Positions 24,824 through 37,200 of a stretch of 64,000 bases of DNA are shown one piece after another. The position numbers and the translations under genes are program-made. Position 1 is the stretch's first letter. Each line of letters starts with the position of its first letter. The stretch is from NCBI GenBank assembly GCA_001643675.2, contig LSRY02000032.1, forward strand, positions 558,001 through 622,000, given 5' to 3'. The DNA is from Monocercomonoides exilis PA203 (Eukaryota > Protista > Preaxostyla). The notes under the pieces are model-generated. The model made no database searches, was not told where the DNA came from, and saw only the letters and a program-made list of their open reading frames with translations.

Positions 24824-26187
24824 TTATTCCTTCTTTTCTTCTTCTTTTCCTTTTTCTTCAATCTCTTGCTTCACTTCTTTATCTTTCGTTTGTGTTTTGT
24901 TAGAAGGCGATGGAAACAGAGAAAGCCAACCATTTTTCACTGAAAGAAGGCACATTCTTGAAATTAACCCACTAAGTTGGACCATATCATCAGCCCCATC
25001 AAGAAGGACCAATTGAGCTTGACCAATTTCTCGCAATAGTAAAAACTTCATTTCTTCTTCTGGAAATGGTAAGCGTGGAATAAGATAAAAAAGAGTTCCA
25101 ACAATGTCCATCCCGGAAAAGCCCTAAATGATATTCAATATTATGCACATTTTTTGTCCAAACGTTTTAGAGGGAAAAAATGAGTAATATTTTCATAAAA
25201 TGAAATTAAAAGCAAAAAGTGAAAACATCTAGTTTTTATTTCTTTTTAACTTCACTCATAAACATACCTTTCCCTTCAAATAATCAACAATTTCAAGTGC
25301 ATTATTTAGTTGCGCAGTAAGACAGTACTCAACTAACCGCCTAACAATTTCTGGATGTGGTTGATCACAGACTTTAAAGACAGATTCTGTGTCCACACGT
25401 CCAAATCCATAGAAAGTAGACTGTAGATTATTTATTGCTTGACGCATGTCACCTTGAGCAGTGAAAATCAAAGCACCCATTCCAGCTTCGTCGTATGGAA
25501 TCTAATGTGTACAAGGAGAATGTAATAATATACAAATTATTACATTAATTTTTAAATGAAAAAACAAATGTAAATTACTTAAATTCAGACCTTCTCTGCT
25601 TCTGCAATTTGAACTAATTTTCTAAGAATATCTTTATCTGAAAGTCGCGTAAATCTCAAAATTGCACAACGACTATTCATTATTTTTTTGTTTGCACATA
25701 TTTTCAAATAAGAAAATAAGAAATATGCTAAAAACCTTTGGATTGGTTCAATAACTTGGGCTGAATTGTTGCAAGCAAGAGCAAATCGAGTTGTATCTGA
25801 GTACAACTCCATAATTCTCCTGAGTGCTTGTTGAGCACCATCTGTCATGCTGTCTACTTCATCAAGAATGATAATTTTTTGACTTCCTGGAGGGAGTGTT
25901 ACTTTTTTTTGTGCAAAAGTTTTTATTTTATTCCTCACAACGTCAATTCCACGTTCATCAGATGCATTTAATTCGTAAACTGCTTCTTTGTATTGTGGAC
26001 CTAAAAGAGCCCGAGCTATGCAAAGAACGCAACTCGTTTTTCCAATTCCGGGTGGCCCAGATAAAATAATATTTGGAATTGAACCTTCTTTAATTGTGAT
26101 TCGTAATCTGTCAACAGCAGCTTGATTTCCAACAACATCTTCAAGAGTTTTTGGTCTGTACTTTTCAAGCCAAACTTCTTGAGCCAT
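24824..26187 (-). CDS. RFC2: Replication factor C small subunit 2 (yeast Rfc4 type), 4 exons
   Basis: WLEKYRP, Walker [39 protein letters not shown], Walker B ILDEVD, SRC motif, [11 protein letters not shown] and CDQPHP. Confidence 0.93.
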
Positions 26188-26578
26188 GATTAAAAAATAT
26201 CAAAAAATTATGAGATCTGATCCCTTGAATTTATTTTCAAAATATGATTTTTTTTTATCAAAAAAATATTTTGTTGTTTAAACTCAATTCATATTAGCAT
26301 AAAGATCAACGATTTATTATTTTTCAAATATGAAAAGCATTTTGATTCAAACTCCATTTTTATAATAAGTTAACGCAAAAACACAAAATCAAGAAAAATC
26401 CTTTAAAAAAATGAAGTGGAAGGAAGGGAAAGAGAAAGAGAAAGAGAAAGGGAGAGAAAGAGAAAGAGACGGATGTGACAGCCAAGCCGCAGCAAGCTCA
26501 ATCACAGCAGCCACAAGAAAGAAAGGCCCGAGTGCAGCAGTCTCCAGGCAGACCTCAGCACAGCGAGATTAGCTGTCT

Positions 26579-28332
26579 CTACGAGTCGCTCGAAAGAGGC
26601 ATCACAAGAAACAGCGCAAGGATGTTGCGCCTCACAACAAGCTCGCCCTTCTGCCTGTCGGAGAACGACCCCGACGTGAGCATCGTCTCCAGCCGCGCCT
26701 TCTCCGCCTCCACATACCCCAGCCCTTCCTTCGCTGCACGCTCAATGTACCGCTTGTACTGCCCTGCCACATACCGCGACTTCACATGCGCATCCACCGC
26801 TGCCTCCGCCTGCCGCACCGCCTCACCCACACTCGGCGGCGCCTTCTTCATCCCCAGCTTCTTCCCCTTCCTCTTTCCCCCTTTCTCTTCTCTTTCTTCT
26901 TCCCCATACTTCTTCTTCAGATTCTTCTTTCGCGGCACAATCGGGTCTTTCTTCTCCTCTCCTTTGCTCGCCTCTTCCATCTCCTCTTTCTCTTTTTCCG
27001 TTTCTCTTTCTCTTTCTTTTTCTCTTTCCAGCTCCTTTTCCTTCTCCTCCTCTTCCTCCTCCATCTTCTCAATCTCCTCTTCTGTCATCGGCAGCGGCGT
27101 TTTTGTCAGTGCATGCGACAGCACCACCAGCGGCTCTGCCATCTCACTCACAACCCCAGCGCTGCTCCCCACCCCTCCTCCAACAGCCCTCCATGTCCCG
27201 CTCTGCTCGTTCACAAACTGCAGCAGCGGCACCGCCTCCTTCTCTCCTCTGTACGTGATGATTCTCATTCCCTCCTTTGTGATTGCTGTGTAATAGTCAT
27301 CATCCTCCTCCTCCTCTTCTTCTTCTTCTTGTTTCTCTTCTTTCTCCTTCTTCTCCCCTTCACTTGTGTTTGTGTTTGTGTTTGTGGTTGCGCTTGCATC
27401 TGCCTCCTTCTTTGCCTTCTCAGCTGTGGGTGTGCCGACTGCATGCTCCCGCACAGCCGGGAAGAACTTGATCGTGGGGAATCCAGGAATGCCGTACGGC
27501 TCCACAAAATCGCGGTATGCGCTCGCATCGATCGACGCTATCGTCACGTTGTCGCCCGGCTTGAACGAAAGCCCCACAATCTCCAGCTGCGGCTTCAGCT
27601 TCTTGCAGTGTGCGCACCAAGGCGCCGTGAACGCCACAAGCACATTCTCCGTCCGGTTCATCACCACCGCCTCGAAGTTCCCCGGCGTCAGCGTCTTCAC
27701 AAACGAGAACTTCGGCCGGCGCACAATCCCTATCTTCGGCAGCAGAAAGTCCTTCAGCCCTTCCACCGACCGTTCTCCCTGGAACTCCTCCCACTCCGCC
27801 CCGCCCCCCGGGTAGTACCTCAGCGTCGGGTACCCCTCGATCGACTGGAAGTCGCACGTCTTCCCCTGCCGCGAGCAGTCCACCTCCGCAATCGTCATGT
27901 TGTCCTTGTACTTCTCAAAAAACACCCCCAGATCCTCGTACACCGGCGCCAGCTTCACGCAGTGGTGGCAGCTCGGCGAGAAGCTAAAAAACCCACAGCA
28001 TCCACGGATGCGAACATTAAAACGCGCAAGCACGGGCAAATGGCACAGAGAAAAAGAAAACCAAAAAGAATGAATGAAACACAAACGAAAACAAAAATGT
28101 CAAAAATGCAACAAGTCACGCTCTCTCAGCACGCAAAGAAAAAATGAAAACATGAAAGCAGCTCCCACCCTGCCCCTCATCACAAAATACAAAATCAAAA
28201 AACTGCAAAATACAATTTCACAAATATATGGCCTTTTTCCGCTGCATCCGGAAATGTCTCGTCTGTCAGCTTCACCACGCTGCTTTTCCCCTCAATCTGC
28301 ATCCATGTCAAAGCAACTACTGCCCACAACAT
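26579..28332 (-). CDS. Protein disulfide isomerase, ERp38-type (two thioredoxin domains plus ERp29c-like helical C-domain), 2 exons
   Basis: Exon 1 MLWAVVALTWMQIEGKSSVVKLTDETF...IFVKF is spliced to FSPSCHHC...GYPTL. Second domain TAPWCAHC...GFPTIKFF. C-terminus GYVEAEKARLETML...RRNILALF. Confidence 0.9.
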
Positions 28333-28610
28333 CTGGTGTATTCACAAACAATCAATAAAAATTTTTGCTGTGAGCGATCTGGCCCTTCACTTTTTGCTCT
28401 CCAAAACAAATTACAAAAAAGGAAGAAAGCGAGCTTGTTTTTGCCAATACCGAGAAAGCATTGAACGTTTAAAGAAGAATAAATCTTTTTCTAACGCAAA
28501 GCTTATCAACAATTGTGCTTGGGGAGGCGGGCAAAGCCTGGCTGGACCACTATTTTTTTGTCTTATTGTGTTCCCATAAGAAAGAAAGGCTCTTGCTTGG
28601 CTTGAACAGC

Positions 28611-28856
28611 ATGTCATTCACGTCAGATACGTTCGAATTGCGTGTGCGGTGCCGGGGTGGGGAGATGCTGCAGATTGCAGCAACACCGTCCACATCGATT
28701 CGAGCTGTGAAGGAGCAGATAGCCGCGCAAAAGGGGATATGCGTGGAGGGCCAGCAGCTGGAGTCGGGCGGGATTCGTCTGGAGGACGAGTTCAGCCTTG
28801 CAGACTACAACATCGCCAACAGGTCTGCTGTGCTCATGTATGGAAAGGTACACTGA
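28611..28856 (+). CDS. Small ubiquitin-like domain protein
   Basis: MSFTSDTFELRVRCRGGEMLQIAATPSTSIRAVKEQIAAQKGICVEGQQLESGGIRLEDEFSLADYNIANRSAVLMYGKVH* aligns by eye to ubiquitin (VK..I...GI..QQ.L..GG..LED..L.DYNI). Confidence 0.8.
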   Translation: MSFTSDTFELRVRCRGGEMLQIAATPSTSIRAVKEQIAAQKGICVEGQQLESGGIRLEDEFSLADYNIANRSAVLMYGKVH

Positions 28857-29817
28857 CAAAAAACGCAAAATTGCCTCTTTTTTTTTCAAAAAAACTTTCG
28901 TTTTGTTTTGTGTTGTTGATATGTGTGTGTGTTGTTTTCCCTTTGTTTTTTCGTGATTCCATTTGTGTTGTTTCCGCTCTGCTGGGTGGGAGTGAGAGTT
29001 TTTGAGTGGACTGTTTGGGCTGTTGCTTGAAATAATTGGCTCTTTTGCTGTTTTGGCTGCAAATAAGCCATTGCCTTCCTCATAATGCTAATCATTTTTT
29101 TTTTTCAAAAAAAAAAATTGAATTATTATCAAAATAGCAAAGGCAAGCAAACGGTTGGGTAGTTTTTTGCATTTATGAATACTTGTTTTTTAATAAAAAG
29201 AATAGTACTGAGTGAAAGTTATTTAGTTTTTGTGAAGCAAAAGATGAATTTTTGAAATGATAGCAAAAAAGAAAGATATTGTAAAAAAAAAATGAGAATC
29301 AGCATTGTGGAAGAATAAAATATTAAAAAAAAAAAGAAAGAAAGAATAATCATTCAACAAAATACTTAAAAATAAAAACCAAAATTAAATGAAATTAAGA
29401 ATATTTTCAAAAACTGCATATGAAAATTTATAGGTTTTACGGACAATGGATAAAGCTTGAAATGAATATAAATTAGTTACTCTGATTAAAATTAACTGCA
29501 GCATTAACTGGAAAAGTGCTGTAGATTCAAACTTTTCAACAATTCGTCGAACGAGAAAATTCTTTACGAACGTCTCGTTGGAAAGAAAACTTTGAAATAA
29601 CGAATACATGTAAAATGTGCAACCAAATTACTCATTGTAATGAATCAACAAACAATTAATAATTAAAGATTGCAAAAAAATACAGAGTAAATTGTAATTG
29701 GTGAAATGGAAGCTTCAATAAAAAGCATACTAAGCAAACATATATATTGAACTTGAATTATCGATAAATAAACAGATAATAATAAATAGAATATCTGAAT
29801 AAGATTTACATATAAAA

Positions 29818-32800
29818 TTACTTGTAATACATAGCACCACCTGAAATATCTTCCAAATCCGCTGATTTGATGTGGTTCTTCTCGCTTTCAGGAATGGTCT
29901 CTGCGAAAATAAGATCTTCGTCCGTAAAATGAGTGTCAAAGAGAGCAATCAGCCTTCGTTTTCCGATAGCTATGGCAGGCTTGTTGCTTGACCGAAGCTG
30001 ATCTCCAATCAGCGTCAGCCTCTGCCTCAAGAGGATATGCTCTTGTTTATGCTTCTCTAAGCCTGCATAGCCCCGTTTCTCCATCTCTTTCTCTTCTTCA
30101 GTAAACACAGTCACCAGCGTCGTTGCCAGCTGCTTGAAAAGAGTGGACACGATGTCCAGGTGCTCGTGGTGCTTGATTGAAGTGAGAAGCTGCTGGGCAG
30201 CATCCAAAATGCTATCTCGTCCATTGTCAAATGGCTTGTATCCTGTTATCATAGACTGCATCATCTCTATTTCTTTCTCGTTCTCATCAATCGGCAACAG
30301 TTCGATCAGCTTCGCAGACACATGGCGAATAAAAGCGACTTGATTGAGCCACGACATCGAATTCAGAAACAAAGAAACGAGGTAGATCACACACATAACA
30401 GCAATCACAATAATCATAATCGTTTTAGACTGCTCAACCTCTTGTTTGCCTGCCTCCAGCACAGAGTTTGTCATTTTGACAACTGCATTGTTCAGATCTT
30501 CTCGCATGGCCGACAAAATGAATCGTGGCTCCGCTGTCAATGCATTAATAGACGTAATGTCCATCTTTTGAATCCTTTCAACGCCAACCCTCAGCCTCGA
30601 TAGAAGAGAAGAGAAGCCGTATATGTCTCCAACTATCCCGTACATCCGCTTTGGATCAACTCCTGAGCAGTCTTCGCCTTCTTCCAAAATGCACTTGGTC
30701 TTCTTCAGCAGACTTTCTCTGTTCAGTTCTTTTTCCATTCTTTTCACCACAATGTCGTCGTAAGTGGAGTCATTAGACACAGTGTAGATAGAGTCTCCAA
30801 AGTGGCAGTCCATATGAACCGTCTCAAAATAGCGCGAGAGGTCCAGCATCAGCCGTCGATACACCTCTGGATCTGCGGAGCAATGAGAGGAGTCGTGGAG
30901 AACAGGATTCAGCGAACGCGGGAACGTGATGCTCTGATCAGTCTTCAGCACGGCTGTTGGCTGTATCATTGCCATTGTCATGTACATGATCTGAAACAGG
31001 ATGGATGAACGCATTCCAGAGAGAATGATGTTTGCTGAGATTGGCTTGTATCCAATCACACAGACAACTACAATTACGATAGGCACAATGACAGCAACAA
31101 CACCAAGTGACACAGATAAGAATGTATCGAAGTACATTCTTGTTGGAATGGGCGATGGAAACTGCTTGTAGGCCGCATCCAGCGCCTCCACATCTTTCTC
31201 AAGTGCTTCTTCCCATTGGGTATCTTCAATCGCATTTCTAACCAGGCCAATCTGCTTGTCTCTTTCGGCATCTTCGTCGTCGTCATAAGCAACTTGAGGC
31301 TTAAGATATGGCACTGATCTCTGATCCAAATGTATTTCAGGCTTTGCTTGAGTGTGCGGTGAGTCGTTGTTAATTGACTGCATCTCTTCAGTCGGCTGGT
31401 GCTGTGCTGTACCAAGATATTGTGGTAGTATCGGCTGGGCAATCGGAGACACGACATTCTGATATACAGGCCTCGGAGACACAGAATAGCGCATGGACGG
31501 AGAAAGCATTCCCGCCGGGCTTAGAATTGATCCTTGCTCGTATCCCACTGTCGACCCCTGAGACGACCACACCCCTGTGCCACTGTGCATGTGGCCGCCC
31601 AGCGAGCTGTCCAGAGTGAAGTTCGTAGGCACAGACGTCAGCGTCTGGACTGTTCCGGAATATGTCTGGCTGTTCAGGTGCTGCATGGGATTCTGAGTTG
31701 ATCCAGTCTGCTCGTTGAACATCAGAGAGTTCACAGCCTTGTTTGCAACAGGAGAGTGCATCCGTGGTTGAGGAGACAGACGACCAGCTGCATCCGTTGA
31801 TTGCTGCTGCTGCCCTACATTCATGTCCGCCCCACTCTTCTCGCTTCGCCCAGTTATGTTGCCTGCTCTCATCGCAACTGGCTGCTTTGCTCCGGTTGGC
31901 GGTTCTGCCAAGCTCGAGGGTGTTGTAGCCATTCCGGTTGAAGCATCGGGGAGTGGAAGATTGAACGACATCTGCGGGCTCATTGCAGGGTCCAAGCCTG
32001 TTGGATACAGCAAGTTGTTCTCTTGTTGATATATCGAAGGAGCGTTGTCGTTCATGTGGATCATCGGCTCACCAGAATTCTGGCTGTTCTGCTGCATTTC
32101 CTTGTCCTGTTGATTGGATTCCATCGGGGCAAAAGGAGGGAAAGAAGAATACAGCTCAGCTTTTGCAGCTGACACGCCTGGCAGTTCGCGAACAGACTCT
32201 TCAATAATCATCATCTTGTGCTTCTCAGAGGGCTCGTCGCGTGTGTTTGACTCTGAGCCTTCCTCTCCGCTTCCTCCATCAGTCCACCGCCCTTCACCAT
32301 CTGTCGTGTCTTCAGTAAACTGCTTGCCTCCCATCTGATTCTGAGTTGTCAGCGATATGAGAGTAGTGTCGTCTCCATCGCCGTTTTCGTTGTTCAGAAG
32401 CCGCCGAATCACATTTTGCATCTTCATTTTGGGAACATCGAGCATCACGTGATACGCTTCGTGTCTCTCATTTTTGAGTACTCTTGTGTATCTCATATAT
32501 GTTATGCCTATTGTAGTTGTCACAGGCACAATTGTGAGGCAAAGAATCAGCACAAATGCAATAATGATGTTGTCGCAGTCCTGGTTCATTATGTTCCAAT
32601 AAGACATGATTGCCCGCTTCGCCCCGTCCAAAATAGGGACAAGGGTGTTGAACAGAATGTACTGAATGTTCGGAAGATAGTCAGGAAAAGTAGGACGCTC
32701 TGTCATTGTTGACTCTGCAAGCTGCCGAGACGTCTGCGACAGCGCGGCGAGCACTTCGAGCATCGACGACGGAGAGTGCATCTGCTTCTTCTCATCGATC

Positions 32801-35476
32801 ACTTCAATGACCGACCCGTCAGGCTGCGTCTCGTTCTTCAGCTTGAATATGAACGTGTATGTTTCAATGTCCGACGTCTCCCACGGCTCCAAGTTGGATG
32901 TCATGTCATACACATCCGACAGCATCGACGTCATTCGCTCAGAGTTCTTCGACAGACGGCGCTTCAGCTCGTCGACTGGCACAAGCGAAGCCCCCCACCC
33001 GTCGGCTGGTGCAACATACCGGAAATGGTGCACGAAGTCGTGGACGGTGTAATAATACGTCATGACCGATGTTCTGGCAGTGATGTACGACAGATCGCAC
33101 ACCTGCCGCAGCGTATCCAGGTTCTTTTGGTAGTTCGATGAGACAACCAGATACACAACTAGCGATATTATCAGAACGGTTATCGAAAAGAAGTTCAGCG
33201 AAACAACAAGACATGTAATGAGTGTCTGGCTGACGTTGTCTTCTCCACTCGTCGTTCCGCTTGTGCTGAGCTCCGTTAGCAAAACCTTCTTCTTCTTCTT
33301 CTTCTTCCTCTTCCTCTTGTTTCTTTTAGCAGATGTGTCAATCGTTTTATGTGACCGAGAATCTGCTCCTCCCAACCCCTTCTGTCCGCCAAATGATCTG
33401 TCGAGTCCATCTCCTCCCATTCCTCTCGAAGACAGAATTTCAGACGCACCGCCATCTGGCACAGCGCTTTCCTTCTCATCCCCATCTCCGTCTACCCTGC
33501 TGCTTACAGCACTGTCTTTCTCACTGCGAATGTTGGTTGTTGAGCCTTCGTTGTTGTCACCGCTGCTTCCATTCCCGCTGTTTTTGCCAGCATCCATCTC
33601 AAACCCATCGTTCATTCCCATTGAATCGCCCGACGGGTCAACGCCTGCTGTGACTGTCGGCCCCATCGATGTGGACGTGGTTTCTTCGATCTGGTCAGCC
33701 CTGTTCAGAATCATCTCTGCTGCATCTTCGTCGTGGTAGATGTCCAACAGCAGCCGCGCGTAGTTCCGCAGCACTGTTGTGTTCTGCCCGTGCGACGCGA
33801 TGAGCTCCTCGTAGCTTTTGCGGGAAATGTACTCGTTCTTCACAATCTCATTCAGCAGGTTCGGAAGCACCCTGTAGTCTGGGTGCATCGACGTGGCGGT
33901 CTCGAAGAAGTCCTTCATTGCTTCCAGCGCCAGTTCGTAGTGAGAAATTGCCTTCGACATCAGTGTTGTGAACGTTAGAGAGTTCAGTTCATTCATCCCT
34001 CCGTCGTTTGCACCGCCTTCGCTCCTGCTGCCTTCTTTCGACTTGCAGAACAGCACAAAGCGCAAGAAGATCCCGGGAGACGACATACGCGCCTTCTTCA
34101 AAAGAGATTGAGATTTCATGTAGTTCTTCCGATATGCCTGCAAGAAAGAAGCATAGTAGAAGCACAGCTCGCTATTGTTCTTGTTTGTCTTCAGCCCTTG
34201 TGTGTACACAAAGTCTGCAAATGACAAGTGATCAAGCGAGCGGTATGAGTCGACTTGAAGAAAGCGAAGAGAAGGCTCAATCCGTTCAGGCTTGTTCATC
34301 GGTGGAAGTGAACTTGCAGCATTTTCCAATCGAGTATCGATCAACGGGTTGCCTGTGTTTGTTAACAGATATCTTCTTTCTCTGACTTCACGACCAACCT
34401 GAGGAAGAACAACAGCACTCAGCACAATTCCGACAACTAATGCAAATAACTGAAGAATAAGAGGCACAATCCATAATCCAACAGCTCCTTCAATGGCATA
34501 TCCAATCTCTCCCAGCAACCTCATACATCCAAATATGCACCATGTACTTGCTCTTAGAACGTTTCCTTTGAGCTTATAGATTGGCTGTTTCCACACAAAA
34601 TACACGACCATCCCCAAAGAAGTGCCAACTGTAACTACTCCACGCCAAAATGGCCAAGCATAAAGCATGCGCATCGCAAATACGCATCCAACCATCAAAC
34701 ATGAATCCAACGATTGCCAGGTTCCGCTAGGAGAAGACCACAGCCCTCCATGTTTTGGGTTATGATTAAAAATCATGCTTCGAATCAAGAATGCATGGCC
34801 CAACAGCAAGCAAATTGTTACAACCCCAACAGCAAATCCACTAACCGCAAATCCATCCTTAAAAAATGGCTTTTCAGTTGCGCGATATAACTGCACTCCT
34901 CCTCTTTCAAAGCAATCGAAAGATGTTATGCAATTTGTCATTAATGGAATTAATAAAACATCAAGTGTAAAATTATTCACCCAACGTAAAACTGAGATAA
35001 TCCATGGTTGTGATGAAGCAATTCTTCCAAACATTAATTGCACAACTTCAAGAAATACCATTTGAAGCGCAAAATAGCCACAACATCCATACACAACAAA
35101 TGGCAAATATTGGCCAGCAAGAAATCCGAGTGAGGTGCCATCAGGATATCCAATAAACTACAATAACAGTAAAATGAAATGCATTTGCAATATTTACAAT
35201 TATTCAATATTAAATGAAACATTTGCACACAAAGGATAAAAAATTCACTCTTTGAGAAGGCAAGTCAATACGGAAAAAGCTAATTGTAACCATTTGAAGC
35301 AAGCATATAAACCAACAAACTCCTTCCCATGCAACACTTGGATGTTTCGGTTGTTCATATAAAGGATAAAAAAATGAAAAAATGACTTCATCCATTTTGC
35401 TAAACGAATCCGTTTGAGATACATCAATCGTGAGTCCACTACTAATGGAACTCATAGATTTATTTTCTTCGGACAT
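29818..35476 (-). CDS. Large multi-pass membrane protein: TmcB/TmcC-like N-terminal TM and TPR-like region, two TM-ectodomain-TM modules, C-terminal hemerythrin-like domain
   Basis: First exon 35476-~35250 joins the 1762-aa ORF. About 9-10 N-terminal TMs; YEELIASHGQNTTVLRNYARLLLDIYHDEDAAEMILNRADQIE (TmcB/C-type helical repeat); two further TM pairs; C-terminal TG...FD...F.EEE..M...GY....HKQEH...H....D hemerythrin pattern. Confidence 0.85.
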
Positions 35477-35680
35477 TATTCCAATAAATCTCTCAGATAT
35501 ACCGTCTTTTTCAAAACTGCTAGATGATCAAACTTTCCCAAACATTTGTTTTTCAATCAAGATTATTGGATCCAATTTGCCACATTCAATCGATGTTAAT
35601 GATTGGAGATAATGTCCAAAAAATATATGTTGAGAAGCAAAAATTACACAAATTCTTATAATTTGATCAAAAAAAACAGT

Positions 35681-35753
35681 CAGGCCCGGCGGGACTCGAA
35701 CCCACAACCCCCGGATTAGGAATCCGATATGCTATCCATTGCACCACGGGCCT
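35681..35753 (-). tRNA. tRNA-Arg (anticodon CCU)
   Basis: AGGCCCG TG GTGC AATGGATA GCAT A TCGGA TT-CCT-AA TCCGG GGGTT GTGGG TTCGAGT CCCGC CGGGCCT G folds into a cloverleaf. A T8 Pol III terminator follows. Confidence 0.95.
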
Positions 35754-36199
35754 AAGGAAATCGTTTTTAAAAACTCATTATTATTCCTTATAATGAACAA
35801 TAAGATATTGATAATTCGATCACCATCAATTTATTTTTTATATTTCCTAAATGTTTATGATAATTACTCCAGGAACTTAAACATTAACCTTTATGGAATG
35901 TTATTTGGAAAAGAATGACTTTATTCTCTTTTTCAAATAATATTGTTAATAATTTGTTTTGGAGAAGAAATTCAATAAACTTTACGAAAATTCTCAATTT
36001 TATCGTTCAAACGATAAACAAATTTTCAATATTCTCGTTCAAGAATCAATGAAAGATTTGACGAATTGGATGCTTTTTTAACAGTAAAAACTGTAAAACT
36101 TAAAGTATTTTGATGCAACATGAAATAAATTTTCATAATGAAAAGTTTTGAACTTTGTTTATTGCTGTCTGCAAGAATACAAACCGTAGAAGTTGAAAC

Positions 36200-37200
36200 A
36201 GCATTATTTTATCAATTATAATGAATTTTTATAATAACTTTTCAACAAGAATGAAAATGAGCATATTTATAAAATGCTCAAATAACGTAACACTCATAAT
36301 TTAGTCTCATGTATGATGACAACTCAAATCCTGTTGATAACAAAAACAACTTTCACAAAACAATTAATGTTATTAAATATAGTTTCTCAGATCAATAATA
36401 TTGGAGAGAATTTTGTTTACAGGATTGATATACGGTCGAAAACTCAAAACATTTACGTAGGCTATTCATTAATTCAGCTACAAGATCTGAAAGTTTATTA
36501 TTCCCAAGAGTAAAAGGGAAAAATGAACTTCAAGTCAAAGATGTCTTGATAAATTTTTTTTAAGTTCTCATGCTTGCATCCTGGTACCGTCGATAAATTG
36601 CTGTTGCATATTTTTGCAGCAAGATGTCAAAGAACATCTTTTAATTTTTGCCACTGAAAAGCATTTTTGCAAAAATAAAGTATTTCAATGTTGCTATTGA
36701 AACGTGAATGCAATTGAGCTTGTTATTGCGATATATTGCTTTTTGCGTTCTATTGGATTCTTCGTATTTGCGTGGACTTCGATCATGAAATTTGCGGAAT
36801 TTAGATTTGTTTCTTGCGAATTTGCTCTTGTAGTGATTGCACGGAAACCAATCGTCGAATTTAATGAATTTACTGCTTTTGCAGCAAAAATATATTCTGC
36901 AACTTGAATATTGCTTTTATTCAAAACAGAATTCTGTACTTCATTGGAAAACTTCTATTTCATGTGAGAATATCGAATCTATCGGATCTTGCTGTGCAAT
37001 TGCAGGGAAACGATCATTACGTGATTGCTACACGAACTTTAGTATTGTTTCACGTTTATATTTTGCACAAGTGTCTTTAAGTTCAAGAATAGCCATTTAT
37101 GTTTTATCATGCACAAAATGAGCGTTATTTGTTTATTGGTGTGTAACATTTCATATAGATCAAACACTGATTCAGCATTTTAACAATTACTCCAACAATG
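36200..37200 (-). mobile_element. Decayed 3' part of a non-LTR retrotransposon with restriction-like endonuclease (R2/NeSL-like)
   Basis: Broken frames read EYIFAAKAVNSLNST and NNKLSDLVAELMNSLRKCFEFSTVYQSCKQNSLQYY*SEKL..KVVFVI, resembling the PD..E/D-x..K RLE region. Many stops and frameshifts. Confidence 0.4.

Noticed and set aside
26420-26470. (GAGAAA)n purine microsatellite
   Set aside because: Ordinary simple repeat in the PDI 3' flank.
26475-28147. Long plus-strand ORFs (272 and 453 aa) overlapping PDI
   Set aside because: Antisense shadows of a GC-rich, purine-repeat CDS with no domain content.
28478-28507. ataaatcttt...aaag resembling the U5 stem
   Set aside because: Lacks the invariant U5 loop 1 GCCUUUUAC.
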